Source: the human T2T-CHM13v2.0 reference genome, Homo sapiens
Assembly (NCBI RefSeq): GCF_009914755.1
Contig: NC_060932.1
Strand: one strand, 5' to 3'
DNA: 64,000 nucleotides
Under the pieces are notes generated by a model, which was given only the letters and a program-made list of their open reading frames with translations, was not told the origin of the DNA and did no database searches. The stretch's first letter is position 1, and every line of letters starts with the position of its first letter. Made by a program: the position numbers and the translations under genes. This document shows positions 1 to 18,543 of the stretch, piece after piece.

Positions 1-1755
1 AGCAGACATGCAAGAAATTAAAACAATTTTAGTTAGGAATATCAAAGTAGTTTGAAAAGGTTAAATATCGCCTGTGCTTCAGGAATTGCTTTCACATATG
101 ACATCCTTTAACAATTCACAAACATAACCTCTCTTTTCTCTCTGTGCATATATAGAATATATATTTTTTAACTTAAAATTAAAGGCACTAATATCTATCA
201 TATACAATATTATATGTTATATATAAAACATGTTTTATCTCTTTTATAGAATATATAAATCGTAATTTTTTCTAAATTATGATTTTAACTTCAATGCTTT
301 TAGACTTCAATGTTAATATAAATATATACAACTTATGTGATATATAACTTATATATTAAATGTAAGCTTATGTATTATAATAAAACTATAAATATCAATA
401 CCACTCAAATGTGTAAATAACACATAAATCATATATACTACATTCATATTATTACATATAATTTAGCTTTGATGCTTTTAAACCTATTTTAAATAACAAC
501 TTAGTAAGGAATTGTTTTTTAATATGTACTTTTTAATAGATTATACTGTAATTATACCTCGGTCTTATATTCTTAGAACAAAATTTTATGGTTAGTATCT
601 GAAAAATTAAACTTTATAATAGGACTTAGTGTTTGCGAAGATTTTAGGAAACAAATATTTTATATAGAAGAAATCCCTGTATTTTTAACATCACAAGAAA
701 TGGGTAAATTACTAGATGAGAGTTTTTTTTTTTTTCCTAGATTCCAGATGGAAACATTATTTCCATAATTAGAATTAAAAATTGATCCCGATATTTTAAT
801 TTTATTATTTTATTCTGTATTTGATTTTAAACATTCTTAAGTTCTTGGTCCCAGGAAGTAGAGATTATTGAACATAATTTATAGACAGTAAATGGCAATC
901 ATCGTATATATTGGATTGAAAGAAAAATACAGCATACACTGCTTCAAAAGTAAATGTTTTCTTTAAAGGATATATAGTATATACGTTGCATGAAGTAAAT
1001 ACAAATGTTGGTATTTCTGTGCCTGTATGGATTTTCCTCCTCAATCTTCCTTTGCCCTACCTATGTGTTACTAGAGAACATTTCTACAAATTTTCAATCG
1101 CAAAAGAGGAAAAATACAATAAAGCCAAGGCAAGAAGGGAAGTGGACAGTTTAGAGTTGCTAATTCATTTATGGTAATGGTTTATAATAACATACAAATC
1201 ATATTGTATAATATATTCTACAAAAAAAGATAACTCTAGGTGATTATTAAACTTTTTGTAAATCATTTGCCCTAGCAATGCTTTGCTTTTTTACATTTGA
1301 ATATTTGGGGCAATAATGAGGCTAGATAGATAGATATAGATGTTTATATTTCTATATTTTTAAGGACCTTCTCTGGTGGCTAAAACAAAATTATGCAGGG
1401 AAGCATCAGCAAGCCATCAAATGAGCTGCAAAACCACCTCATTAATAATCACAGTTTAAAAATAGCATTCAAAACCATCTACATAGAGATACTAATACTT
1501 TGAATAGTGTACATTTATGTAAGTTACGGTGAGGTCTGGTAATTCCTCTGAACAACTTTGATCTTTTTTGAAAGTAATCTCCTTTTTTGTGCTTTGCTTT
1601 GAGCATTTGCTAATCTCATATTCTTTTTAAAAGAATTACATTGACAAATTGGTATTGCTATAGATACTGAGTTCAGACTTTCAGGTAACCTCAGAGATCA
1701 TATATTGTTCAAAAAGGCATATCTTCATTTAAGGAAAGCATATGACAATGTGCAC

Positions 1756-1786
<31 letters not shown>

Positions 1787-2102
1787 CACACACATATATT
1801 TATATTTGTGTGTGACTAATGCGGTTAACTCAGTTTTGGGGGAATTGAGGAATCACAAAATTTGTTGATAGCTTTTTGCCAGTTTGCAGGGGACCCTCTT
1901 ATAGCTCTGCATCAGCTATTTTTTTCTTAGCATATTTTTGAGTTGTTTGGTAGAAGATTTGAAAGGGAAGCGATACAATATTACAGTTAAGCTCACTGGT
2001 TTGTGTGTTGATAACATAGGTTTGCATCTTAGCTCCTTACTCATTTGTCAAGTTATTGAACTTGGCTAAGCTTAAGTTCAACAAAAAAAAACCAAGAAGC
2101 GT

Positions 2103-2119
2103 ATATATGTGTGTGTGTG

Positions 2120-2161
<42 letters not shown>

Positions 2162-2177
2162 CACATATATATATAAC
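2103..2177. repeat. Compound (TG)/(TA)/(CA) microsatellite (similar tracts at ~1755-1815, 20409-20440, 25518-25585)
   Basis: Direct observation. Confidence 0.9.
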
Positions 2178-2873
2178 TATACCTCTAGTTTGTTTTTAAA
2201 AAATGTTTTAATACCATGTTGTTTCCATTTGTTTTTCCTTATAATTCTCTATTTTATTTTGACCATTCCAAAACATTCTGAGAAGCTGGTTCATAGGCTT
2301 CACTGTAAGAATGGTCAGTAGCACCAAAAAAGTTAAGAAACTTGTGATCTAGTGGAATGGGATTTATCAACTGTAGCTCGAGATTTAAAAGGCTATTCCA
2401 GTGAATGGGTTCTGCTGTATGCTTAGGTACTAAGGTAAGCTTTCCACCTTTTTACTGCTCCCAGCACCTGATGGATATTATATTATATGGTCTTATCAGA
2501 GTCAGTGGTTTAATTCAGGAGCATCTGAGTGTGTGTGCACGTGTGTGTATGTGTTGGGTGTGGGTACAAGAGATGTAGTGTTCACTGTTCTCCAGATTAT
2601 TTTATTTTTTAAATTTATAGATATGTGTATCTCCCTATTAAAAATCACTATAAATGTAAGTTTAACCTGTGTTTGTGATCTTTATTGAATATGAAAATAG
2701 TGCCACTTTTGTCCTATAATTTGTACGTAAAAATATTTCGGGCTGACTTCCAGAATGCGGTGAAATGAAACAACACTTATTGGGGAAAGCTATTCATTTG
2801 ACTTTTTAATAGTGTGCTCATTTTTATTTTGTTTTCTGCTTTTTTTTTTCTTTCCTTTAAAAAAAAAAAAAAG

Positions 2874-3023
2874 AATCCTGATGTCCATCCAACAGAAGCA
2901 ACTCCCTCATCTACTTTCACTGGTATTCGACCTGCACGAGTTGTATCTTCAACTTCTGAGGAGGAGGAAGCATTTACTGAGAAATTTCTTAAAATTAATT
3001 GCAAATATATTACCAGTGGCAAG
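2874..3023 (+). CDS. OXR1: OXR1 internal coding exon (NPDVHPTE...KYITSGK, 50 aa; start of GRAM-like domain)
   Basis: AG at 2872-2873, GTAAAG donor at 3024; 150 nt, phase 0/0; peptide recognised as OXR1 and joins in frame to 13026. Confidence 0.95.
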
Positions 3024-3570
3024 GTAAAGAATGACACTTTAGAGAAGACCTTTAATCATGCTTTAGTTATTACTAATGTATGATAGTTTGGCATTTACAT
3101 TTTAAGTCATCAATGTCAGAAAATGCTTGAATATTATAGAAAGGTACTAGTGATACTATTATTTTGGGTTAGTATGGATGTTGCTTATAACTTAGAGTCT
3201 GGTGATCTGTTGTAATTGTTAAAAGTAATGGAATATAAATAAATTCACTAAGGCACAGCTAAGTTGCTGTTGGTAGGATATTTCAAAAGTGTGAATAAAA
3301 TGACTGCTGCCAGGTACTGTGTGGAGTGTGAACTTCTGTATAACTAGTATAGCACACAAATAGGAAGATATCTAGTATTTATTGAGTACCTTCTATATGC
3401 CAGAGAGTATTTGAGGTATCTTAATTATTTTATCAATTCAAAACAATCTTGTGAAATAGGCAGTCATATTTCTTTTCCACAGGGAAAAACAAAACAGGAA
3501 GGGTTCACAGGAAAGGTTAATAGGTCCAAGATCTCTCTATAATGGCCAGAATTCAAACCTAGTCAGAATC

Positions 3571-3876
<306 letters not shown>

Positions 3877-4534
3877 CAGAATCTATTTTGTCTGCTTCAC
3901 TTTGTTGCTTTTCTAAGCAAAAACTTCTAATCTGAAAAGAGAATATAGTAAAGTAATAGAGTTGGAAAATAAACTCCAGATTTTGCTCAAAAAATGTCTA
4001 TAACATGATACTGCCTTTAGAATTCACACATGAGAACTATTTCTTTGAAGTATAATTCATAAATTTATGAGTATTTGAAACACATAATAAGCATTTAGTG
4101 GTATGCATTTTGCCCTAAATATTGTTTTAAATGTTGTGTTTTCATTTTCATTTACTTTAAAATATTTTCTCTTGATTTCTTCTTTGACCCATTTGAGAGT
4201 GTTTTATTTTTCTAGATAACTGTCTTTTACTAATTTCTAATTCGATTCTGTGTGATCAGAGAACACACTACTATTTGAAGGCTTTATTTAGACCTGTTTT
4301 ATGGTCTAGAATATCGTATGTTTTAATAAATGTAATGTGTGCACTGTAAGAGACACATTATATTTGTGTTGGGTGGAATATTCCACAAGTGTCAATCAAA
4401 TCAAATTGAGTGATAGTGTCCTGTATTTCTGATTTTCTGTCTATCAGTTGTTGATAGAAGAATTTTGAACTATCTCACTGTTATTGTGGATTTATCTGTT
4501 TTTGCCTTTCAGTTTTATTTATCTGTTTTTGCCA

Positions 4535-5110
4535 TACATTATATATTTATATATATATTTATATATATATTTAATATATATAAATATATTTTTATATATA
4601 TTTGATATAGAAATATATTTATATATATATTTGATATATAAATATGTTTTTATATATATTTGATATATAAATATGTTTTTATATATTTGATATATAAATA
4701 TGTTTATATATATTTGATATATAAATGTTTATATATATTTGATATATAAATATATGTTTATATATATTTGATATATAAATATATGTTTATATATTTAATA
4801 TATAAATATATTTTTATATATTTAATATATAAATATATTTTTATATATTTATATATATTTATATATTAGTATATATATTTAATATATAAATACATATATA
4901 TTTAATAGATAAATACATATATATTTAATAGATAAATACATTTATATATATAATATATATATTTAATATATAAATACATTTATATATAATATATATATTT
5001 AATAGATAAATATATTTATCTATTTACATATTTATATATATTTATATATATATATAAATATAAAATATTTATATATATTTACATGTATATTATAATATAT
5101 ATCTTTAATA
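4535..5110. repeat. TA-rich minisatellite/low-complexity array (~22-26 bp units such as TATATATTTGATATATAAATATGTTT)
   Basis: Visible degenerate tandem units, almost entirely A/T. Confidence 0.9.
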
Positions 5111-5477
5111 TGTCACATTCTCACTTTAAGTAGCATTATATATGCCACTTTACATATAGTACACACACCTTACAACAGTATACTTTTATTTCCCCCTTCC
5201 AGCCTTTGTGTTCTTATCGTAACACCTCTTATTTCTACATGTTATAAACACAATTCATTGTTATTATTTTTGCTTTAAAAAGTTAATTTAAAATAATTTT
5301 TAAAATAAGGGTAAAGTCTATTATATTTATCCACTTACTTATTCCCTACACTTGTCATTCCTTTTTTATAGTTGCAGATTTCCATTTGTATCATTTTTCC
5401 TTTTATATAAGGACTTCTAAATTTCTTACAGTGTAGGTCAGCTAGTGATAAATTCTTTCAGTGTTTATTTGCCTTGA

Positions 5478-5833
<356 letters not shown>

Positions 5834-5939
5834 ACGTTTATGTACATTTTCAAAATTATATGTGTGTTTATAAAAAAGGATCCCTAACTTTTAAATTTTA
5901 TGCCACTTTATCTTTTTTTGGTCCATTGAATTTTTTTTA

Positions 5940-9700
<3,761 letters not shown>

Positions 9701-12065
9701 GTAGTTTTAGGCAGCATTAGTTCTTGACTAGAAGCAGAAGTTCATTTGATATCTGAATAAAAATTTTATTTAAAGATCAAAGCAAAGATAAGGTCATTGG
9801 CAGGATTAGGAATGATCTGCAGCCTAGTGTTTTTGGAACGTAATCCCTTGTTATAGGCTGGCTCTGTGCATTCTGCTGCACAAAAGGAGATAAGCAGGAA
9901 GTGGTGCTTTCTCATGGAAGTCGTTTTTTCTTTTTTCATCTTCCTACAAGTTGATTATACAAAAGATTATTTATGTAACAATTATGGAAACTTATTAACA
10001 ATAACTATAATGGCTAAGTTATTGTGGATGTAAGACTGAAAAAATATCAGTACAAGCTTTTCTCTTTGCTAGGATGGATTCCCAATTATAATGATTTTAT
10101 CTCTTAGTATTTGCAGAAATATTGTAATGTAAGTGGTAATTTTTCTTTTGCAGATAGACTTTATTTTTTTTACTTTATTTTCTAATAGAAATAATTTCTC
10201 TTTAGAAGATTAGTCAGGTAATTGCACGTAAGGAAATGGAAGTTGTTAATACAAAAGAATAATCTGTGCTTAAAGTTTCTGAAGTTCATGTGGATTAAGT
10301 AGATACTTTAATTGAAAACGTCTTGCTCATAATAGTCTTAATATAATCCTGATAATATGTAGGAGTTATGAAATATTTTAAAAATAATGAGATGGGAGTG
10401 CTTTGGTATAAGCTTATGATTTTCAACTTGATCAAATGAATTTGAGAATTTACTTTTTCAAGACATTTTCATGAATTTTATGTTGAAGAAATGTTTCTCT
10501 TGGCAAACTCTTGATTTATGGAGAATGATGTCTAACAGATTACCGCAGAAAGCCCCAGCTGTATGGGAACTTTGAGTGTGTAGCAGAGGGAAAGAAACTT
10601 AAAGAATATATCAGTGTGTCTTTTTAGTAATAGCACATAAGGGAGATTCCTGGAAAGTAACATTAGCAGATTGATCAGTCTAGTGGGTAGGACTTCAAAC
10701 TCTTTCTAATCCAAAAAGTAGACTCATGGTTTTGAGATGCTTTTCAAATGATTTGTATAGTTACAGTACTAGGATTAAGGTATTAAGGTATATAGAGAAT
10801 TAAAAGCATTATCAGTATACTGAGGCTTTTCTGTCATACATAGCTAGTTATCACTGTCTTTGTGAAAATCTTCCTAAAAGATAAAATGTAGTATTATGCT
10901 AGTGAACCAAATAATTGGTTAAAACTAATGCAAAAGTGAAATTTATGAAATGGAGAGTAACCTGAAGTGTTTCAGAGAATTTAGAGCTTGATTTTTTTTT
11001 TATTTCTAGTTGATTGCTTGGTTTCCTTTCTCAAATAAGTTTACAGAAGATGGGAGAGAGAAAGTTATGAAAGATCAGAAACCTTTAAAGTTGTTTTTTT
11101 TTAATATCAAATATACTCTATCCTTGATTATCTACATCTTGGATTATCCTAGACAATGTAAATGTTCTCTACAATGTACTTTACCATCTCTCATTGACTT
11201 GAGTTGGTATGTGACCCAGGAATACAAACTGATGTGTATGGATCTCATTAAAATATTAATTGAAAGAGAAATAGGCTGTAGTTTATATAAAGTTACTCCT
11301 TATTTAGGTGGTCCACGTCCTCAACTAAAAGAGGTGCTATTCAGAGTTTCATATGGATTCCCTCTCCCTCACCAAACTGCACACACACATATACTCTTCT
11401 CTCCAATATTGTGTGCATTAACTGTATGTGATCTTGAACATCCGCAGTAACTTTTTTTCACTTGTGATTGGATGACCATTTTCTGTAGATTTACTTTTTA
11501 TTTTATCATTTTTAAAAGCAATATCTGCCATAACTTAATTTTTATATTCTTAAAGTTGAACCAGGTGAATTCACAGAGCTGAATATGGACTTGGGAGGAG
11601 GATGTGATGCCAAATCAATCAGGATTTGAGTTTTTCTTTTTCTTTGGATAAGAAGCTATTTAGTTTATTTTTAAAATTCTTTCTGGCTCTTCATTTTTAC
11701 AGTTACAGGATATATAGTGGACTGAAAATTTGAAAATGAAATTAAGGAATGTTGCACCCTTGGAGTGATTATGGTTTGTGACTTGGATACAGAGGAATTA
11801 TATATAGCATAAAGCATGAACTAGCTGGACTTCAAATCCTAGCTGTTTAGGACAAGTTTCCAGGTGTTTCTCACCATTAGTTTCTCTATCAGTAAAATGG
11901 AAATGGTTTTACCCATCTCAGAGCTATGATTGTGAAGATCAAATAAGCAATATGCATATAAAGCATGGTACATATAAAGTATTCAATAAATATTCATGTT
12001 AGTATGATCAGCTGCCTGTGGACCCTAGTTTGCTCATTTATAAAGTAAGAAGGTTAAACTTTTAA

Positions 12066-12395
<330 letters not shown>

Positions 12396-13025
12396 TAAAT
12401 ATATTTAAAATTTTATAGCTTTTCATGGTGAGTTAAAAGTATATATACACTATATACTTTAGATGTCATATAATCTACTTAATTTTACAGATGAAGAAAT
12501 AAGCCCAGAGACTCCTTGCCCAAGGTCACAAATCTAGGTAGTAGTAGAGTCAAGTGGAAACAGATTTTTTAAAGAGATGTTTTAAAGATATTATACTCTT
12601 TTCCTTTTATAATATTATCAACATTATTTATTGAGTCTGCACTGTATACATGACACTGTATTTGGTACTTGTAGTGAGGGAATAACACAGGAAGCAGTAT
12701 GCAAATTAACATAAAAGGTGGCGCTTCTTACCTTACTGAAGTTACCTTTCTGATATGAGGTAACTCAGTATTTTACTCAGTTTGCACATTTTATTTCCTT
12801 ACTTGATTGTCTTTGGGGAAATATGATATTCTACCTCTCCTAAAGAGGAGAATTTACTGGGAAAACTTGGGTTTTAATAAAAATGGTTTCATGAGAATGC
12901 CACAGTTCCTGAGTGTACTATTTTTATATATGGCCTAACATCAGAAGAAAATTAGTAAAAATAGCTAGATAATTTTTGAAGTATCAACCTTGAGGATTAA
13001 ATGTTACTTTCTTTTTTCACCTTAG

Positions 13026-13210
13026 GGCACAGTCAGTGGTGTGCTGCTAGTTACACCAAATAATATAATGTTTGATCCACATAAAAATGACCCTTTGGTT
13101 CAAGAGAATGGCTGTGAGGAATATGGCATCATGTGTCCAATGGAAGAGGTGATGTCAGCTGCAATGTACAAAGAAATTTTGGATAGCAAAATAAAGGAAT
13201 CTTTACCCAT
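13026..13210 (+). CDS. OXR1: OXR1 coding exon (GTVSGVLLVTPNNIMFDP...KIKESLP; GRAM-like domain)
   Basis: Pyrimidine tract + cttag acceptor, GTAAGA donor at 13211; 185 nt, phase 0/2; open frame. Confidence 0.95.
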
Positions 13211-14478
13211 GTAAGAGTGATATTTATATTCCTTTGCAACTTTATTGTATCTAGATAGTTGACCCTTGTCTAATACCTTAACTATTTTTACTAGTTTTCT
13301 TATAGCTGCCTTTTATTTTGTCAATAATGAAACGAAAATATATGCATTATTGAGAAGATTATTCTTAATTTGCACCTGGGATAGTTATGAATTATCTTAG
13401 ATTTGTATTTGTGTATGTGGTCAGAGAACCAGATATTTGAAAAGTAACCTATAGTGCCCATTTAATTCAGTGTTTACCAGCCTTTTTATTCAGACACAGC
13501 TTCCAGTCTTCTAAATTACCCCTGTGAGCAATCACTGTTGGGATAATTTTCAAATTTCCCTTGGAAGTGACTGAAGAGCTGTGATTTGAGAGAGGCCACA
13601 TGAGCAAAGAGCTGACATTGCTGTGGGCAAGACAGCTTTTTTTTTTTTAATTGATTGATTTATATGTTTGCAATCTTCTCTCCCAGTATAAAATACAGTG
13701 TAAAGTACAGGGAAGAAAACCCACAACTTGCTCAAATATAAAGAGTTAACTTTGGAATATACTGGTCAGAGGATTTGTGTGATATGTTAAGATAGCTGTG
13801 AGACTACAGTTTGGACACAGCTTTTGAAAGTAATATGCTTGTCCAAAGTAATGGCCAGAAAGAAAAGGAGGAATGGGAAATAAAAGGAGAAAAAGATAAA
13901 AGATAGGTATAAAAAGAAAGGAAGGAGAAGTAGCAAGGAAGGAAATTGATATGTACTAGGAAATAACCTCCTCATTCCTTCATACATGACTACCAACATT
14001 TTAAAATTGTCTTCACTTTAACTGATACTGATATTTATATCCCTGTATTAGCCCACAGGAATGATAGCTGTTTTAAAATTAACCCTTGTGGGGCAGAGCA
14101 ACTTACAAAGGAAAAAAGGGACAAATTATTTTTGTTTCTGAGGAAGACTAAATGAATTGGTAGAATATCTGTGACAGAATAAAATCCTTTGCTCAAAAGT
14201 CTCCACTGTACCTTCCACCCAACAGATATTATTTTGACTTGGTAGACTAATCTTTAGAGCTGCAGATAATTCCTAGAAGGTGTTAGTATCCTCTGTATTA
14301 GTTATATTTGTAGATCATCATCCAAGGCCAGTTTCAGCAAATAAGGATTATTGGGAGGTGGATAATGGGATGAGACAAAGGTAAAAGAATGAAGGATTAC
14401 ATTCAAAGAAGAGGAAGGATATATACATATATGGAGAGAGAGAGAGAGAGAGTCATTGGTGAGATTCTGTTGTCCTCC

Positions 14479-14511
14479 TTTTCTTTCTTTTTCTTTTTCT
14501 TTCTTTCTTCT

Positions 14512-14546
<35 letters not shown>

Positions 14547-14817
14547 AGATGGAGTCTCGCTCTATCACCCAGGCTGGAATGCAATAGCACGATCTGCAAC
14601 ATCCACCTCCTGGGTTCAAGCGGTTCTCCTGCCTTAGCCTTCCGAGTAGCTGAGAATACAGACACCTGCCACCACATCTGGCTAATTTTTGTATTTTTAG
14701 TAGAGACGGGGTTTCATCATGTTGGCCAGGTTGGTCTCGAACCCCTGACCTCAAGTGATACACTGGCGTAGGCCTGCCAAAGTGCTGAGATTATAGGTGT
14801 GAGCCACGATGCCTGGC
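14479..14817 (-). mobile_element. Alu with long T/CTTT tail
   Basis: Alu consensus; flanking ttgtcct repeats. Confidence 0.95.
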
Positions 14818-16502
14818 TTTGTCCTTTTCCATTTGCAATATGGTACTTTGGGGTTCTCTTATTCTGAACAATCCATCACTGTTCTACAAGGATGCTGTAT
14901 AGCTCTTCCCTTTCAAATCACTGTTTTGTCATTCATTGTCAGCTGGAAAGTGTCACCTGGATTTAAATATTTAAAGATATTTCTTCAGAAAGAAATATCT
15001 TTAAATTCTGCCTTATGGATTGATTAAAAACAATATTTGGCACAAAATTAGATAAATAAAACAAATGTATGCCAAAAATGAGGTATAAGATTTGATTGCT
15101 TTTCTTCTGTCTTATGCTCCTTGGGAGGTTGATTTCAAAGGTATTATTATGGTATTACATTCAACAGTAGTAACATCATTGACATAAATGTTTAGCCTTT
15201 CAGCATATTAAATCTGAAGAGTATAGCACTTTTCTAAATATATATCCTGTCACGTTTGTTATGTTTATCTCTTACCTAAGGGTCTTCTAATTCTTTAAAT
15301 GTACAGATAAAATTTCTCAAAACTTTTGCCCGGTTCCAACACCCTATAGATGCAGTATGAGTGCATCACCAGTAGATGACACTATTGTATATTTAATAAC
15401 AAACTAGATTCTTGTTTTTTTAAGATGAATCAGATACAAAGGCAGCAGAGATATTGACTTCAACTAATTAATACTTCAAAAATTTATCCATCCTAGTTAT
15501 AGAAATTATGCATACTTGTTGCAGAAAAATTGGAAAATACTGAAAAGCGGAACAAGACAAAGAGTTACCCAGCTTCACCATTCAGAGATAGCCAATTATT
15601 TTTGTGTTGACTTACTTTACAATCTTTCCTTTTCAGCATATTTTACATGGTTCTCAAACTATGTATGTATAAATGTTAATGCTTTTTTCATTAAGAACTC
15701 ATATAATTTTCATTTATCACAGACTTCTTGTAACCATCATTTTAAATTAGCAACTTACATTTCATGGTATAGAGGTTTACACTCCCTCTTTCCAGAACTT
15801 AACTTTTGAACATTAGTGTTTACATATACAAATGTCATTAAATCTGAAAGTCTAGACCCAGTTATGAACCATTCATTTGTCTAGTATCTAAACTTTTCAC
15901 CTGAACAAGTTCTCTTAGAGGTATTAAAGAGTATAGTTGTTAGCCTGAAGATTTTCTCTATATACTTTTGCTTGAGTTTTATTCAGATTGGTTTTAAGCC
16001 TTACATTTGAGCCATATATTTTAATTTAAGCTCTATTTGAATGTAAATAAGCACTGTGTGTGTGTGTATATCTATGGAAATCAGTTTATTTTTACTTTAT
16101 TGGGAGATTTAAAATTTTAATTAAACATTTCTCTGTGTTTATTTTCCATATTCCATCAGTGAGTAAATTTTAGTTTAGAATTACAGCTTTACCCAGGGTT
16201 TATGTCATCAAGTTCCCTTCAAGTAGATTACTTGCAAGGAAATCTTACTTTGATATTTCCTAAATATTAAGCAATTGATATAAAAGTTTGACTTAATTAC
16301 TTGATTTATAGAATTACTTGGTCTATAAGGTTAATTATTTGGTCATATTGAATAAATCAGATTTTTTATATTCTTTGGAGATACGTGCTACATCCTTTTG
16401 TTAAAAAGTCTTTTTAGTGATACTAATTCTGTGTTCAGTGTGTGAAAAGTAAAATACCACAATTTTAAAAGTCTAATTATTTTTAATTTTGTTTAATGAC
16501 AG

Positions 16503-17266
16503 AGATATAGATCAGCTATCAGGAAGGGACTTCTGCCATTCAAAGAAAATGACAGGAAGTAACACTGAGGAAATAGACTCAAGAATCCGAGATGCAGGTA
16601 ATGATAGTGCCAGCACTGCTCCTAGGAGCACTGAGGAGTCTCTTTCTGAAGATGTGTTCACAGAATCAGAACTTTCCCCTATACGAGAGGAGCTTGTATC
16701 TTCAGATGAACTGCGACAAGATAAATCTTCTGGTGCGTCATCAGAATCTGTGCAAACTGTCAATCAGGCTGAAGTAGAAAGTCTGACAGTCAAATCAGAA
16801 TCTACTGGTACTCCTGGTCACTTAAGATCTGATACTGAACATTCTACAAATGAAGTTGGGACTTTATGTCATAAAACTGATTTAAATAATCTTGAAATGG
16901 CCATTAAGGAAGATCAGATTGCAGATAACTTTCAAGGAATATCAGGTCCTAAAGAAGACAGCACAAGTATAAAAGGTAATTCAGACCAGGATTCTTTTCT
17001 TCATGAGAATTCGTTACACCAAGAAGAGAGTCAAAAAGAAAATATGCCTTGTGGGGAAACAGCAGAATTTAAACAAAAGCAAAGTGTTAACAAAGGAAAA
17101 CAAGGAAAGGAGCAAAATCAGGACTCACAGACAGAGGCAGAAGAGCTACGCAAACTTTGGAAAACCCATACTATGCAACAAACTAAACAGCAAAGGGAAA
17201 ATATTCAACAAGTGTCACAAAAAGAAGCTAAGCATAAAATTACATCTGCTGATGGACACATAGAAA
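16503..17266 (+). CDS. OXR1: OXR1 large coding exon (764 nt, acidic Ser/Glu/Gln-rich linker, DIDQLSGRD...ADGHIE)
   Basis: Lies within ORF 16489-17355; cag acceptor at 16500-16502, GTAAGT donor at 17267; phases 2/1 match neighbours. Confidence 0.95.
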
Positions 17267-18230
17267 GTAAGTGTTATAGAGTAAATGAAGTTAGTTCATC
17301 CAATTGTATGGTGTCTCCGTCTTTCCTCACTGACTCAAAAGCCGCTGTACCTTAGGGCAACCTGAAGGATAAGTGAGTGACCCTTGACCGGTGATTCTCT
17401 GGGGACAAGTATATACAGTCTCCAGTGTCTACTGTCTTTTCTTATCCCACAGGTGGATTGTACACATAATGAGCATCATTGCTACCCACCATGTTTAAAC
17501 ATTCTTGGCTCACTACATCGTATCATTAAACAATTTATTTCTTGAGAAATTGCACAAAAGCTGTATAATACCTTTGATCACTCCATTTTCTCTTAAAAAG
17601 TTTTTGGTGTGTTACCATTAAAAATGTCTTTTTTCATATATAACATTTTAATTGCCAAAGTTGTAATCCCATCTTTTATAAAATGTACAGTTAAACCTAA
17701 AAGTGTACTTACAGAATTCTTCCACGTATCGAGAAGTTTCATCATCATCATCTAATTATTTTCTTTTAAAAACCTGCCCTCAGGACAAATAAAAACACTA
17801 TTTTATCTGTCAGTTTTCTGGTACTGTTTACTTCTGAAAATTACACTATTTTCAGTCTTTTATTTCTAATATACTGTGCTTCTGTTAATAAATTATGGGT
17901 TAAATGGGGTATAACAACTAACTTAGCTAACATTTCTGATATTCTATTAGAATGTTTATCCCAGACTAGTCCATTCACATGTGAACTTTTCTTTCATTTT
18001 TTAAATTCAAAGATTTTTGTTTTGCTGTAATACATAAAATAAAATTTACCATTTAACTTTTTAAAATTATGGTAAAATGTAACGTAAATATATTATTTGA
18101 AGCATTTTTATATCTACAATGCAGTGGCATTAGTACATTCACATTGTTATGCAGATCATCACTACTGTCCATTTCCAGAGCTTTTTTCATCTTCTAAAAC
18201 TGAAACTCTGTACCCCTTAAACAATAAGTT

Positions 18231-18543
18231 GGCCAGGCATGGTGGCTCACTCCTGTAATCCTATCACTTTGGGAGGCTGAGGCAGGCAGATTGCTTGAAC
18301 CTAGGAGTTGGAGAACAGCTTGGGCACCATGGCAAAACCCTGTTTCTACAAAAAAAAATTACAAAAATTCGTCAGACATGGTGATGGTGCACACCTGTAG
18401 GCCCAACTACTCGGGAGACTAAGATGGGAGAATTGATTGAACCCAGGAGGTCGAGGCTGCTATGAGCCATGATCATGCCACTGCACTCCAGCCTGAGCAA
18501 CAGAGCAAGATGCTGTCTCAAACAAAAAAATAAAAAACAAAAA
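18231..18543 (+). mobile_element. Alu (AluJ-like) inserted in an antisense L1M fragment (~17990-19020)
   Basis: ggccaggcatggtggctcac start, A-rich tail; L1 3' text on both sides. Confidence 0.9.

Noticed and set aside
11010-11450. 146-aa plus-strand ORF in an intron
   Set aside because: TTG start, no recognisable homology, and no convincing phase-compatible splice sites.
16489-17355. 288-aa ORF as a stand-alone gene
   Set aside because: It is the large OXR1 exon plus intronic flanks; the start is a TTG in the intron.
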